DNA of 64,000 nucleotides from Schmidtea polychroa (GCA_044892525.1 CM097885.1:20462001-20526000); one strand, 5' to 3'; shown: positions 12,583 through 24,350, counted from the stretch's first letter. Numbers and translations are program-made. Notes: generated from the sequence alone by a model not told the origin.

Positions 12583-13077
12583 ATGGACATTGAATTAGAT
12601 AATATTTTACGCGCCATGTTGGCTGGAGAAAACGGTAAATTATTTTATTTTTATTATTATTATTATTTATTATTTTAGAGAATTTATGGTATGAAGTCAC
12701 CGAGGCCGACAACTATAATCAAGATCAGCCAATTATTATTAGTGAGGATGAAGAAGATATTTTATTAAGTAAATTTATTTTTAAAATTTAATTGAAAATA
12801 AAATTATTTAGTTGATCAGCCTATTAATGACGGTGAAAATGTTATTGAAGACAATACCCGAGATATTATCATGGAATCAATGGGTAAATTTATTTTATTT
12901 AATTAATGAATTACATAAACTTAAGGTGATGATACCTCAAATGTTGGATATGCCCCAAATATTAATGTAGTTTTTGATGACTATGCCCACATGTTTATTG
13001 AGGAGGAAATTAATCATGACTTTGTTTTTTATGGGGATGAATCTGAAGATGATTCCGATATAGAATCAAAATGTTAG
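12583..13077 (+). CDS. Four-exon gene for a very acidic 121-aa protein (exons 12583-12634, 12679-12768, 12812-12883, 12926-13077)
   Basis: Three GTAAAT...AG introns of 44, 43 and 42 nt, all phase 1. Splicing gives an uninterrupted 366-nt frame MDIELDNILRAMLAGENENLWYEVTEAD...GDESEDDSDIESKC*. Confidence 0.78.
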
Positions 13078-13142
13078 TTATATTTTATTAATATTTTTAA
13101 AATTAATTTAAAATTGGTTTTGATAATTAATTTGTTTAATAA

Positions 13143-13620
13143 CCACGTATAAATTATGAAAATGTTTCTGGAAATAATTATGAAAATGCTGAAAATTATG
13201 AAAATGTTCCTGAAATTATAATGAAAATGTTGAAAATTATGAAAAATATGAAAGTTTTTCTGAAAATAATTATGAAAATGTTGAAAATATTGAAAATTAT
13301 GATTACCACGTATAAATTATGAAAATGTCTCTGAAAATAATTATGAAAAATCAGAAATATATGAAGATGTTCCTGAAATTATAATGAAAATGTTGAAAAT
13401 TATGAAAAATATGAAATTTTTTTTGTGAAAATAATTATGAAAATATTGAAAATAATGAAATGTTCCAGAAACTTATGAAAATGTTTTTGAAAATAATTAT
13501 GAAAAATCTGAAAATCATGAAAATGTCTCTGAAAATAATTATGAAAAATCTGAAAATTATGACAAATATGAATATGTTCCTGAAAATGATGTTGAAATTA
13601 ATAAGTTGTTATGAAAATAA
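13143..13620 (+). repeat. Degenerate AATTATGAAAATG(TT) short-unit array
   Basis: Many AATTATGAAAA variants; CCACGTATAAATTATGAAAATGT recurs at 13143 and 13306. Confidence 0.8.
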
Positions 13621-13729
13621 TAATTGAATAGAAATAATACTTTGAAAATATTAATTGTCAAACATAGTTTGCATTGAGCACGCAACTACTTTCTCTAATA
13701 ATAATATTAAAAAAAAATAGTAATATTAG

Positions 13730-13769
<40 letters not shown>

Positions 13770-13959
13770 TATAATAATATTTATGATATCTCCCATATTT
13801 TATACCTCTGATAATGATAATATTACAATAAATTATATATGTATTCCGATTATTATTCCGTTTTATAATTATTATGCGATAAATACGGCTTAAGAATTGT
13901 TAATAAAGTCATTAAATATAAATGCAATTAACAATTAATATTTAAATCTATTAATATAT

Positions 13960-16272
13960 TTGATATATATTTATAATTTATCAGGTAAATTATACCCACG
14001 CTACTGCATGTCATCAAATGATCATACAAATATATGCCATAAAAATATGAAAAAATACTACGGTCATAGATTCTATGGTATCAACTACTTTATATGTCCA
14101 ATATGCGAGACTTCCCAAAGCATTAAATATATAGAGTTTTATAATATTCACAAATCACATTTAAATCGGTTCTCTTTAAATAAAAAGATATTGTTTATTA
14201 AAATACAACAATCAACACATAATACCACAAAACACATAAATACAAAACCTATAAATAATAATACAAAACATGTAAATAATAATGTAAATAATACTAATCT
14301 AAATACTAAAATAAATAATATTCTAAATAATAAACAGCCTGCTGTTAGTTTTTGGTCTGGTGTTCCCTCTAAAATTACTAAAATAGATCAAATAAGTGAT
14401 TTAAATAATATTCAAATAGGTGGTTCAGTAAATAATAAGAGTTCGATCGATATTGACGATGAACCTGAAATTGAGATAGATTTTAAGGGGGCGAGAAAAA
14501 ATTTACGCTTTAATATGGAAAAGGATAACTTGGTGCAAATTTCCCTTACAAATAAAATTATAAATAAATTAATTGCCGAAATCAAAGGTATGGGCACAGT
14601 TAAAATACAATTCACCGTTTTAATCCAATTCGAAAAAGATGGGGAAATTAGAGATAATTTTTTCTCTAATAGCGCAGAAGTTTTTTCAGAAAATTTTTTG
14701 ATTAATGGAATCACCAGATTAAATAATAAAATTGAAAAGTTCACATATTTGGGAAGCGGATGGCGGGTGGTTAAAATCAAAGAAATAGATTTTATATTAA
14801 CTAAAAATACACATATGAATATGCTAGTTGGACATAGTTATATCCCCACCCCATCAGCTTTAAATTCTAAAAAAGCAATAGTAAACGTCAAAAACACCGA
14901 CGATATGTGCTTTATCTATAGTATTTTAGCACTGTTAAAACGCAATGTAGTACATATAAATAGAAATCGTGTTAGTTCCTATGAAAATTATCTTGACGAG
15001 TTAAATTTTGACCCCATAGATGATTGCCCCATGAAATTATGTGATATCCCCAAATTTGAAAGGAAAAACAAGGATTTAAATTTATCAATAAATGTTTTAA
15101 TTTATAAAAAGACCCCAGGTAAGCCTTATGAAAATGTAATTGACGATAATTATATTCCACATCATCCTCAATTAGATATTATTCACCGATCTAAGGTTAT
15201 AGGTGGTGAACCCATATACTTACTTTTATTGGAAGACGGTGATAATTTCCATTATACCGCAGTTTTTAACTTACAAAAATTAATGAACTCACATCCCAGT
15301 AGCTCCTGCAACCTTTGGATTAGAGTGAACTGGCGTCCCCATTGTCTCAATGGTTTTAGACATAAAAATGCATTTGATATTCATGTCGCCTTATGCATAA
15401 AAAACCAGATAGGAACACCTCTATACACCCTCCCTAAAGATAAAAATTTAATTTTTCAAAATTATGCGAAGACAATCACCCCGTCATTCGTGATATATGC
15501 CGATTTTGAGGCAATTTTACCCGAGGATATAATACACCATCAAAAGCACTTGCCAATAACAGCAGGCATGTTATTAATTAATAATTATAATAACACAAAA
15601 TTTTATTATGAGTTTGTTGGTGATGATTGTGTGTTGTCTTTCTTGCGTAAGGTGGAGGAAATTGCTGCCACAATTGTCCTGCCATATTACGAAATTAATG
15701 GGAAAAAGCCCATGCAAACTTTGTCTTTCGTTCAACAGCGGGCATATAGAGATTCCATAACCTGTTATCTGTGTAAAAAATTCATTAGAGATAGAGTTAG
15801 GGACCATTGCCACTTCTCAGGTAAGTATCTTGGTGCTGCTTGTAGGAAATGTAATGTTTCTCGGCGAATTCAGAGACAGTTACCGGTTGTGTTCCATAAT
15901 TTGAGGGGGTATGATCTCCATCATATTTTGAAGTATGGCTTGAATAATTTTCCTTCTTGGGAGTTAAATATTATTCCGACCACTACCGAGAAATTCATCT
16001 CTCTCATCGCGTATATTAACAAATTACCTGTTCGTTTTATTGACAGCATGCAGTTTGTTAATTCATCTTTAGCAAAAGCGGTTAAGACTCTTTCCGATCT
16101 GCCTTTAACTTCTTCTGTTTTTGATGGCGCAATTGTTCGAGCCAAAGGTATCTTTCCTTATGACTTCGCTACATCTCTTGAGGTTCTGGAATCAACTCTT
16201 GAACTACCTCCGATCTGGGATTCTGTGTCTAATGATGAGTATGCATTAGCCCAAGTTATTTGGACTCAGTAA
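13960..16272 (+). CDS. Protein-primed family B DNA polymerase, N-terminal/exonuclease part (right copy)
   Basis: Translation identical to 8638..10950; ends at an in-frame TAA at 16270-16272. Confidence 0.88.
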   Translation: MIYIYNLSGKLYPRYCMSSNDHTNICHKNMKKYYGHRFYGINYFICPICETSQSIKYIEFYNIHKSHLNRFSLNKKILFIKIQQSTHNTTKHINTKPINNNTKHVNNNVNNTNLNTKINNILNNKQPAVSFWSGVPSKITKIDQISDLNNIQIGGSVNNKSSIDIDDEPEIEIDFKGARKNLRFNMEKDNLVQISLTNKIINKLIAEIKGMGTVKIQFTVLIQFEKDGEIRDNFFSNSAEVFSENFLINGITRLNNKIEKFTYLGSGWRVVKIKEIDFILTKNTHMNMLVGHSYIPTPSALNSKKAIVNVKNTDDMCFIYSILALLKRNVVHINRNRVSSYENYLDELNFDPIDDCPMKLCDIPKFERKNKDLNLSINVLIYKKTPGKPYENVIDDNYIPHHPQLDIIHRSKVIGGEPIYLLLLEDGDNFHYTAVFNLQKLMNSHPSSSCNLWIRVNWRPHCLNGFRHKNAFDIHVALCIKNQIGTPLYTLPKDKNLIFQNYAKTITPSFVIYADFEAILPEDIIHHQKHLPITAGMLLINNYNNTKFYYEFVGDDCVLSFLRKVEEIAATIVLPYYEINGKKPMQTLSFVQQRAYRDSITCYLCKKFIRDRVRDHCHFSGKYLGAACRKCNVSRRIQRQLPVVFHNLRGYDLHHILKYGLNNFPSWELNIIPTTTEKFISLIAYINKLPVRFIDSMQFVNSSLAKAVKTLSDLPLTSSVFDGAIVRAKGIFPYDFATSLEVLESTLELPPIWDSVSNDEYALAQVIWTQ

Positions 16273-16284
16273 AATTGCAATAAC

Positions 16285-17814
16285 ATGTTAGATTACATGT
16301 TGACTTACCTTAAATTAGATGTATTTCTCCTTGCAGACTATTTTCAACAATTCCGTGCGAAGGCCATTGCTTACAATGGTCTTGAACCTCTAAATTTCTA
16401 TGGTATTCCCGGTATGTCATGGGCCTCAGCGCTTATCACATTAACGGAACCTATAGAACTTTTGCAGGACATGGAAATGTTTAATTTCTATGAAGGAGGG
16501 ATACGGGGTGGGTTAACATTTGTTAACAAACATTATGTTGCTAGTTCTGAAGACACTGAACTCTTGTACATAGATATTAATAATTTGTATGGTTGGGCCT
16601 TAAGCCAAAATCTGCCTTATGCTGACTTTGTATGGGTGTATGATGATTTGAATGATGTTTTACTTGAATGTGTGAATGATGATATTGATAACCTTCCATA
16701 TGGGTATACTATGGAAGTTGATATCGAAATTCCGGAATGTTTGCATGATTTTTTAAATGACTTTCCTATTGCTGCGGAAAAGATGTGTCCACCGAACTCC
16801 AAAGTTGAGAAGCTGTTGCTCACGCATTGGCCAAAGAAGAACTATGTTCTTCATTGGAGACTTCTTAAACTTTATCTTTCACTCGGTGTGACGGTGGTTA
16901 AAATTTATAGAGCAGTTAAATTCACGCAAGCACCCATTTTTAAATCGTACATTGATAAAAACACAACATTAAGACCACAATCCACCAGTGAGTTATATAG
17001 AGATTTGTTTAAGCTTTATAACAACAGCTTATATGGGAAATCCGTTGAGAACTTAAAGAAAAGGATGAATTTGAGGCTATGCAATTCAGCTGAAAAGATG
17101 ATTGTATATGCATCAAAGCCAACTTTCAGAAAATCTATCAAAATTGCTGATGATCTGATTGTGGCTCATCTGAATAAGGACTCTATATGTTTAGACAGGC
17201 CTAGCTATATTTGTCAAACAATGTTAGATTTGTCTAAACTAAGAATGTATCAACTACAATATGTGGAATTGGCCAAGTACAGGTCTGAATTTAATTGTGA
17301 TATAAATATCGTTGCCGGTGACACTGACTCCTTTTTCTTAGAGATAAAGCCCTGTAAGCTTGACACTCTTTTGCCGGCAATGATAAGAGACAGCCTTCTA
17401 GACACGTCAAATTACGATCCTGCTCATCCTTTATATTCTAAGAGCCTGGATTCGGTAATAGGGAAGTTTAAAGATGAAAGTAAAGGTGTAGGGTATAAGG
17501 AATGGGTTTTCTTAAGACCTAAGTGTTATAGTTTGTTAGGGGATAAAGATCATTTAAAAGCAAAGGGAGTTCAGCTTGGTAATACTGATATTAGACACCA
17601 GTCATATTTAGACTGCTACAACAACAGCGTAGTATTTTCGGTACCACAAACTAGAATAGGTACAAGAAACCACCAGCTCTTTATTTTTAAAAATAATAAA
17701 ATAGCCTTGTCGAACAACGATGACAAGCGCCTTTGGGTGGGTCCTAATACCAGTCTCGCATATGGACATTATTTAGGAGTCAATGTTCCAGATGTTGATC
17801 AAGTAATTTCATAA
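16285..17814 (+). CDS. Protein-primed family B DNA polymerase, C-terminal polymerase part (right copy)
   Basis: Same motifs as the left copy; two amino-acid differences near the C-terminus (QLFIFK vs QLFTFK, GVNVP vs GVDVP). Confidence 0.92.
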   Translation: MLDYMLTYLKLDVFLLADYFQQFRAKAIAYNGLEPLNFYGIPGMSWASALITLTEPIELLQDMEMFNFYEGGIRGGLTFVNKHYVASSEDTELLYIDINNLYGWALSQNLPYADFVWVYDDLNDVLLECVNDDIDNLPYGYTMEVDIEIPECLHDFLNDFPIAAEKMCPPNSKVEKLLLTHWPKKNYVLHWRLLKLYLSLGVTVVKIYRAVKFTQAPIFKSYIDKNTTLRPQSTSELYRDLFKLYNNSLYGKSVENLKKRMNLRLCNSAEKMIVYASKPTFRKSIKIADDLIVAHLNKDSICLDRPSYICQTMLDLSKLRMYQLQYVELAKYRSEFNCDINIVAGDTDSFFLEIKPCKLDTLLPAMIRDSLLDTSNYDPAHPLYSKSLDSVIGKFKDESKGVGYKEWVFLRPKCYSLLGDKDHLKAKGVQLGNTDIRHQSYLDCYNNSVVFSVPQTRIGTRNHQLFIFKNNKIALSNNDDKRLWVGPNTSLAYGHYLGVNVPDVDQVIS

Positions 17815-18008
17815 ATTCGTCCACTTTTTAGCGGAATGAGTCCAGATTTCAATGATGATGACAATGAAGCCAATGATGCCAATGATATTGATATAGATGA
17901 CGTATTGTTATCGAATTGATCTGTGATTCAATATATCTTTTAATGTCTTAATTTATTATGAAAACTAATAATAATTTTGTAAATCTTAATAATAATAATA
18001 ATAATGAA

Positions 18009-18078
<70 letters not shown>

Positions 18079-18151
18079 TAATAAAAATAAAAATATAAAT
18101 AAATAATAAATAAATAAATTAAAATATTAGAAAAAAAAATAATAATAATAA

Positions 18152-18188
<37 letters not shown>

Positions 18189-18195
18189 TTAATAA

Positions 18196-18232
<37 letters not shown>

Positions 18233-18328
18233 TAATAAAAATAAAAATATAAATAAATAATAAAAATAAAAATATAAATAAATAATAAATAAAAAAAAAA
18301 TTAAAATATTAGAAAAAAAAAATAAAAA

Positions 18329-18362
<34 letters not shown>

Positions 18363-19613
18363 TAATAAAAATACAATGTTGATTTGTTTAATAATACCCT
18401 TGCGACATGTTGAATGTGACCAGTACCCTTGTGAGCAATACCCATAGGATTACAGAATATCTTGTCGGATACATTCAGACTATATATATATATATATATA
18501 TATAATAATCCCTGTGTTTCAAAGACCTTTATTTTCAAATAATAATATCTCTTGTCAGGAACTCTCGAATTTCAAATTTTAAAAAAAAATGAACTTTACA
18601 TTAAAAATTTTGACCTTGAAAAGAATTTTAAAAATTTCCCCTAGGGGGGTGAGTGGGGGTATGTGATCCAGCGGAGTCCTGATCTAGCGGTGCCCTATCT
18701 ATCTACTCCATTTAGTACACGTGTATGTATTGATGCATTAAAACAAACTCGAATTCTTTTTATTCCAGAATTTTCTATTTTGCGATTTTGATATTTTTAA
18801 TGGCAATTTTTGTGCCATAATTTTTGTTTTTATTTTTATATTTTTATTTTTTAATGATTTTTCGTTAAATTGACGTCCATGATGGATTTGTAACGGTTCC
18901 AGAACATTCTATTTTACTTTTAATTAATTTTTATTCTAACTGGTGTTTTTATGAATTTCTTTTTAAGATTTTTTATTTTTAATACTAATTTATTTATTTT
19001 CCCTAACTTTTGTTGTTCTAGATGACTTTTGTGATGGTCATCGCCATTTTTATAGAATGTTCTGGGTTTTTCTGGCATGTTTTACTGTTTTTATCGTTTT
19101 TTAAGTTACTCGAGTTTGTTTTTTGTAACTCTGTGTTTATTTGGTTATTTCCGAGTTCTATTTTGCATAATTTTATTTAATTTCTGTGTTTATTATTTGT
19201 TGTTTTCTCCTTTAATTACTATTGTTTATTTGGTGTAGTTTTGATATATTTAGTTATACTTCTTGCTTTTTGCATGCTGTGTACTTACACATTTCAGTCA
19301 CAATTAGAAATTTTGGGTCTAGAAGTCAGTTCTAGCCCAACACAAGTTGCACTATTTTTAATAGCAAACTGCACTATATTTTTTCCAAACATTACTTTAT
19401 TATTTAATGAGCACTATATTATTTTTTTTACTAAAATAATTCAAATCAAAACTTTTTATATTCAAAAATTTACTTTAGCACCTAGATAATTATTGATCTG
19501 AACTAAATAATTTTGAACCTGAACTAAAATTTTTTTGACTGAAACTCAGATAGCAAGAGCATCATGTCATGTTAATTTTTGCATAAGTCAGTGTTTTCGC
19601 GGCTTTTCTTTAA

Positions 19614-20304
19614 CCACTTAATGCACTAACCCGTGTCTGACACGTCCATTCCTTTTTGGTAAATTTTGAACATGCTCGTGTGTCACACATCCAATCATAT
19701 TACGTTGTAAAGAAAGTTTATATGATCGTGTCCGAAAAGGATACATTTCAAGATTTGTTTATCTATTGGATAATAGATGTAGGTAGTATTATTGAGTTAC
19801 AGAAATAAATTATAAATATTATAAACATCTAAATTTCCTGAAAATGTGCCACTAACGGAAAATAAAACTGCTCCACGTAGGTGTTGTGCTGTGTGCTGCA
19901 GTAAAAGGGATGAAAAGGGGAAGAAGCAAATGAAAGAAACAAGATATTGCAGAAATTGTGAGGTATTATTATGTGCCGTACCCTGTTTTATGGTAAACCA
20001 TACGAATTTAATTTTTGAGGATTTTCATATAAAATTAATTTTTTATTTTATAAAAAATAATAAAAAATTAATTTTATAATAAAATATTTTCTTATATCAA
20101 AACTAAATGTTTGTAATTATAAAATATATATATTATTTTTAAAAAATTACCATTATTATTTTCTTCCATCTGGTAAGAAATATTCTTGCTACGCCACTGA
20201 AAATACTTTTATTTTTTTCTTATTGTATATGGGTACTAGATTAGTGAAAAAAAAACTGATCATTTTTTGACAGAAAACTTTAAATTAATGTGTGCATTAA
20301 GTGG
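19614..20304 (+). mobile_element. Internally deleted piggyBac element retaining the transposase C-terminal Cys-rich domain
   Basis: TTAA|CCACTTAATGCAC...GTGCATTAAGTGG|TTAA. ORF 19846..20079 reads RRCCAVC...KETRYCRNCEVLLCAVPCFMVNH. Confidence 0.88.
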
Positions 20305-20789
20305 TTAAATAATATGTTTTTTCTTTCTCTCTTATAACTTCGATGCTGCTTCTGTATTTTTTGAAATGTGAAAAAGTAACAACTAATTACTCGACGGAAG
20401 CTCTTCTTGTCATTTTGTTTTACAGTTAGGGTGGCTTTACCGTTTTCTATAAATAAGCATGTATTTAATTTTGCACTATAAAATGTTATAATATAGTGCA
20501 GTTTTCTATTAAAAATAATGAAAATTGTGATCATTTTATAGTGCAACATTAAATACATGCCATTTTTTAATTTAATTTTAATTTTAAAATTAATTTAGTG
20601 CTTATAAAAGTTTTTTTTAGTGCAAAGAAAAGATTATTTTAGTGCATGTAAAAGATTTTTATAGTGGAACAATGTTATTTATAGTGCATTCCTGATTAAT
20701 ATGGTGTATTTAAATATTATAGTGCAACTTGTGATTAATTATAGTGCAGAATGTATTTGATGCCTCACATTATCACTTGATTGTTTTAA

Positions 20790-20850
<61 letters not shown>

Positions 20851-22008
20851 AATAAATTTAATCAAATAAAATTTATTAAATGAACAAGGCGGGAAATGCA
20901 ATTAGAAGAATCTTTAAGGAAATAAATCATCCAGATTTGGCTCAATTCATTGAACGGATAAAAGGAAATAATAATTATAATAGTTATTATTACCCAACCT
21001 CAAAATTTGGCAAATTATACGATAAAGAAGATTTTATTGAATATTGTTTTTTGAAAATTAATTGTTTTTATGTGATACACATTTGTTTGGATTTTAAAAT
21101 TGATATAATGTAACAATGTATATTGTTCAACAATAACTCCTGAGAGCAATTTGTTATTGAGAACTCCAATATATCATTTTATTGGAATTGTATCATTTTT
21201 ATATGGATGTGAAATTCTACAAAATTTATTGTTATATATTTTAATGAAGATCTATAGATAGTCAATAAAGGCTATTTATTATACAATTATTTATTATATA
21301 ATATTTATACAATTATTTATTATATAATATTTATTATATATATCATTAATTATATCATTATATATCATTATTATATATATCATTAACTCACATACCCTTC
21401 TGGTATGGATTTCCCCTTTAAAATTCCTAGTATTTTTATGTAGATCAACTCAAATATTTTGTTTTTGTTACAATTTCTAGGGTTGTTCTCGAAATTTCTC
21501 AGAGGTTTGGTGTAGGCCAACTCAAATTATTTAGTTGAAATTTAAAAGTAGGGTCTCATTAACTTAAAGTAGGTCAAACACACACATACTATATACAATT
21601 TTAAAAAATAGTCTAACTAAAAGCATTTCAAATAAGAAAATATCTGTATAGAAAAACTAAGTGTGTGCATATGTGTATGTGAAATGTTCAACAAAATAAA
21701 TTTAGTACAACTTTTAATTATTGAAAATTTTTATAAAAATTATACAGTTTACATCGACCTTAAAAGTAGGGACCTGTTAACTCAAAGTTGATTATTGAGA
21801 ATTTTCGACACAGTATTTTGGTGATCAATAGCTGATTTCTAACAGTCACATTTTTTCAGGTTCAGCAGAAAAATGATTCAAAATATCATGCACATTTTCA
21901 TGGATATTGATATTAATTTCTATAGTGTAATTATATGGAAGGATTTCAATATCTGAGTACATACTATCACTCAAAACAGCAACAATATTGTCATACATCC
22001 AATTAAAA

Positions 22009-22150
22009 TCACATTCTATCCAGAAAATCTTATATGTTAAGAAATGTTAAGAAATAAATAAATTTCATTTTCCAGTATTAGACAATATTTGAATAGTATG
22101 GAACGTATCAACAATTTCACTATTTGAAACAAATCAATTTTGTGTACGAA
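22009..22150 (+). repeat. ~140-bp direct duplication, second copy at ~24731-24868
   Basis: ACATTCTATCCAGAAAATCTT...GGAACGTATCAACAATTTCAC...TTGTGTACGA is present at both sites. Confidence 0.85.
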
Positions 22151-23699
22151 TTTTAAAGTTTTGTAGACTAAATATTTGGATTTGTACTATATTTTATTAA
22201 CTGTTCAGATCAAGATTGTAGATAAAGATAAAAGGCTTTGGGTGAAGCAGATGCTACGATACTCAACAATATCTTGTTTGATACACTTTTTGAAGATGGA
22301 ATTCCCGGATTTAATAATATCAGAATTAAAGGCGGTAACAATATATACAAAAAATCATCGATATCTTTTCTGATTCATACAATGTCAATTGAAAAGAAAT
22401 CAGTGGTGAAAATTATATATATTATATATATTATTTAACTAACATCTTCACAACAATTTTATTTATATCAATACAATATTTGACCCAATGGTAAAACAAA
22501 TAGTAATCGCGATCAAAAGTAATTGTTTACCCATTTTAATGATAATAGGTTTAAACTTTAAAATATTTTAATTGTCGTTATTAAAATTTGATATTTTATC
22601 AAATCAACTAATTGGAATGTAAAATATCACAAAAGTAATTTGTGATTTTCACGTTTCCTTAGTTATTTAAAAGTTAAAATTCACTAAATCAACAAATTTT
22701 CTTAATGTTTTAATTAATTTATTATGAAATAATATTATATTTAAATTTAAATTTAAATGGCGTCCAATTCTAAATGTGTAGAAATATTATAATATTTCAT
22801 TTATTTTCATTAGGAGCATAGATCAAATATTTTTCCCTATGTAATAATTCGGATGAAAATAAATGAAAACAGAAGCACATAAAAGGTGAATAAATAAATA
22901 AAAAAGACAACAGTTTATTTTTTAACATTTGTTTGTTATTTTTCCGAAGTGATTATGATTATAAATTATAAATTTATTATTATTAAACAGATTTTATATA
23001 CGAATTTTAGCTTAGAGTAGCAAAGTATTTTTATAATTTCTTTTGTAAATTGGAAATAAATTTTAATATATATAGAAATTGGTCAAGTTATGAGTTTTGT
23101 TGAGCCTATAGAAAATAATGATTAGTTCATTAATTAAAACAAATTTTGCTTTTTAATTAATAATGGACAATCATATTTTGAATTAATAGAATTTGAAATA
23201 AATGAATGAAACTTGGCTTTAGGGTTAAAAATCACAAAGGTTTATGTTGAAAATTATTATTTTGTTTTTTTTAATATTATGTTGAAAATCCAAGTGGAAA
23301 TGTTTCAACGCAAACACCTTAAAGATTATTTAATTATTTTTCTGTGTCATTTCTATATCGTTTGAGGAAGAAATGATTTTGTTTATATCGATAGACATTT
23401 TGTCATTTTGAAGGGAACAATGCAAGAATTTCGTTAAAAAATCCATTATTTTTTTCATTAAGTTATTCATGGTGACAGATTCGATAAGTCAAATAGAATA
23501 TTACAGAAAAAAAGGAAATTCAGAAAAAAAAGATTTTGTTTTAAGTTTCAAATCAACTAAATTGAGTATAAATAAATTACGAATTTAAAATTAGTAATGA
23601 AATTCTATGAAATAATTTTAATTAATGATAGTTAATATATTCGAATTACGAAATCAGTGGCGTAATTGCTTTGGTGAATAAAAATTACATATTAAATTT

Positions 23700-24350
23700 A
23701 TTTATATGTTATAGTTTCTTTTCTTTATATTTTCTATATATATATATATATATATATACAAATATGTATGTATTATATTTCATTTATATTTTATTTATAA
23801 ATTATTTATATTTATTTATATTTATTTATATTTTATTTATATTTTATTTATATTTTATTTATATTTTATTTATATTTTATTTATATTTTATTTATATTTT
23901 ATTTATATTTTATTTATATTTTATTTATATTTTATTTACATTTTATTTATATTTTATTTATATTTCATTTATATTTATTTATATTTATTTTTATTTTATT
24001 TATATTTATTTATATTTATTTATATTTATATATATTTATTTATATTTTATTTATATTTATATATATTTATTTATATTTTATTTATATTTATATATATTTA
24101 TTTATATTTTATTTATATTTTATTTATATTTTATTTATATTTATTTATATTTATTTATATTTATTTATATTTGATTTATATTTATTTATATTTTATTTAT
24201 ATTTATTTATATTTTATTTATATTTTATTTATATTTTATTTATATTTTATTTATATTTTATTTATATTTTATTTACATTTTATTTATATTTTATTTATAT
24301 TTTATTTACATTTTATTTATATTTTATTTACATTTTATTTACATATTTTA
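23700..24350. repeat. TATTTTATTTA-type (~11-bp) minisatellite with a shared leader; second copy ~31935-32110
   Basis: Tandem units are visible; both arrays follow TTTCTTTATATTTTCTATATA. Explains the F/I/L/Y ORFs here. Confidence 0.85.

Larger units (their letters stand above)
6114..18707. mobile_element. Polinton/Maverick-like element with ~4.9-kb inverted arms, each encoding pPolB
   Basis: Ends AGTAGATAGATAGGGCACCGCTAGATCAGG...CCTGATCTAGCGGTGCCCTATCTATCTACT. Flanks CTATTT (6108-6113) and CCATTT (18708-18713) give a 6-bp TSD with 1 mismatch. pPolB motifs in both arms. Confidence 0.9.
13884..18707 (+). repeat. Right inverted arm
   Basis: Reverse complement of 6114-11026. Confidence 0.93.
1373..19340. 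mobile_element. Unclassified hairpin-ended insertion (~5.4 kb once the nested Polinton is removed)
   Basis: CACAAGT is duplicated at 1366-1372 and 19341-19347. Joining the flanks restores a sequence matching the reverse complement of ~20490-20560. Both ends form hairpins closing in TA(A/G)CCCAACA. Confidence 0.55.

Noticed and set aside
16270..16272. Alternative genetic code with TAA as sense
   Set aside because: TAA terminates the pPolB C-terminal ORF normally, and in-frame stops appear only sporadically in decayed elements.
20880..21113. Possible MULE transposase C-terminal remnant (HPDLAQFIERIK)
   Set aside because: Motif too short to support without a profile search.
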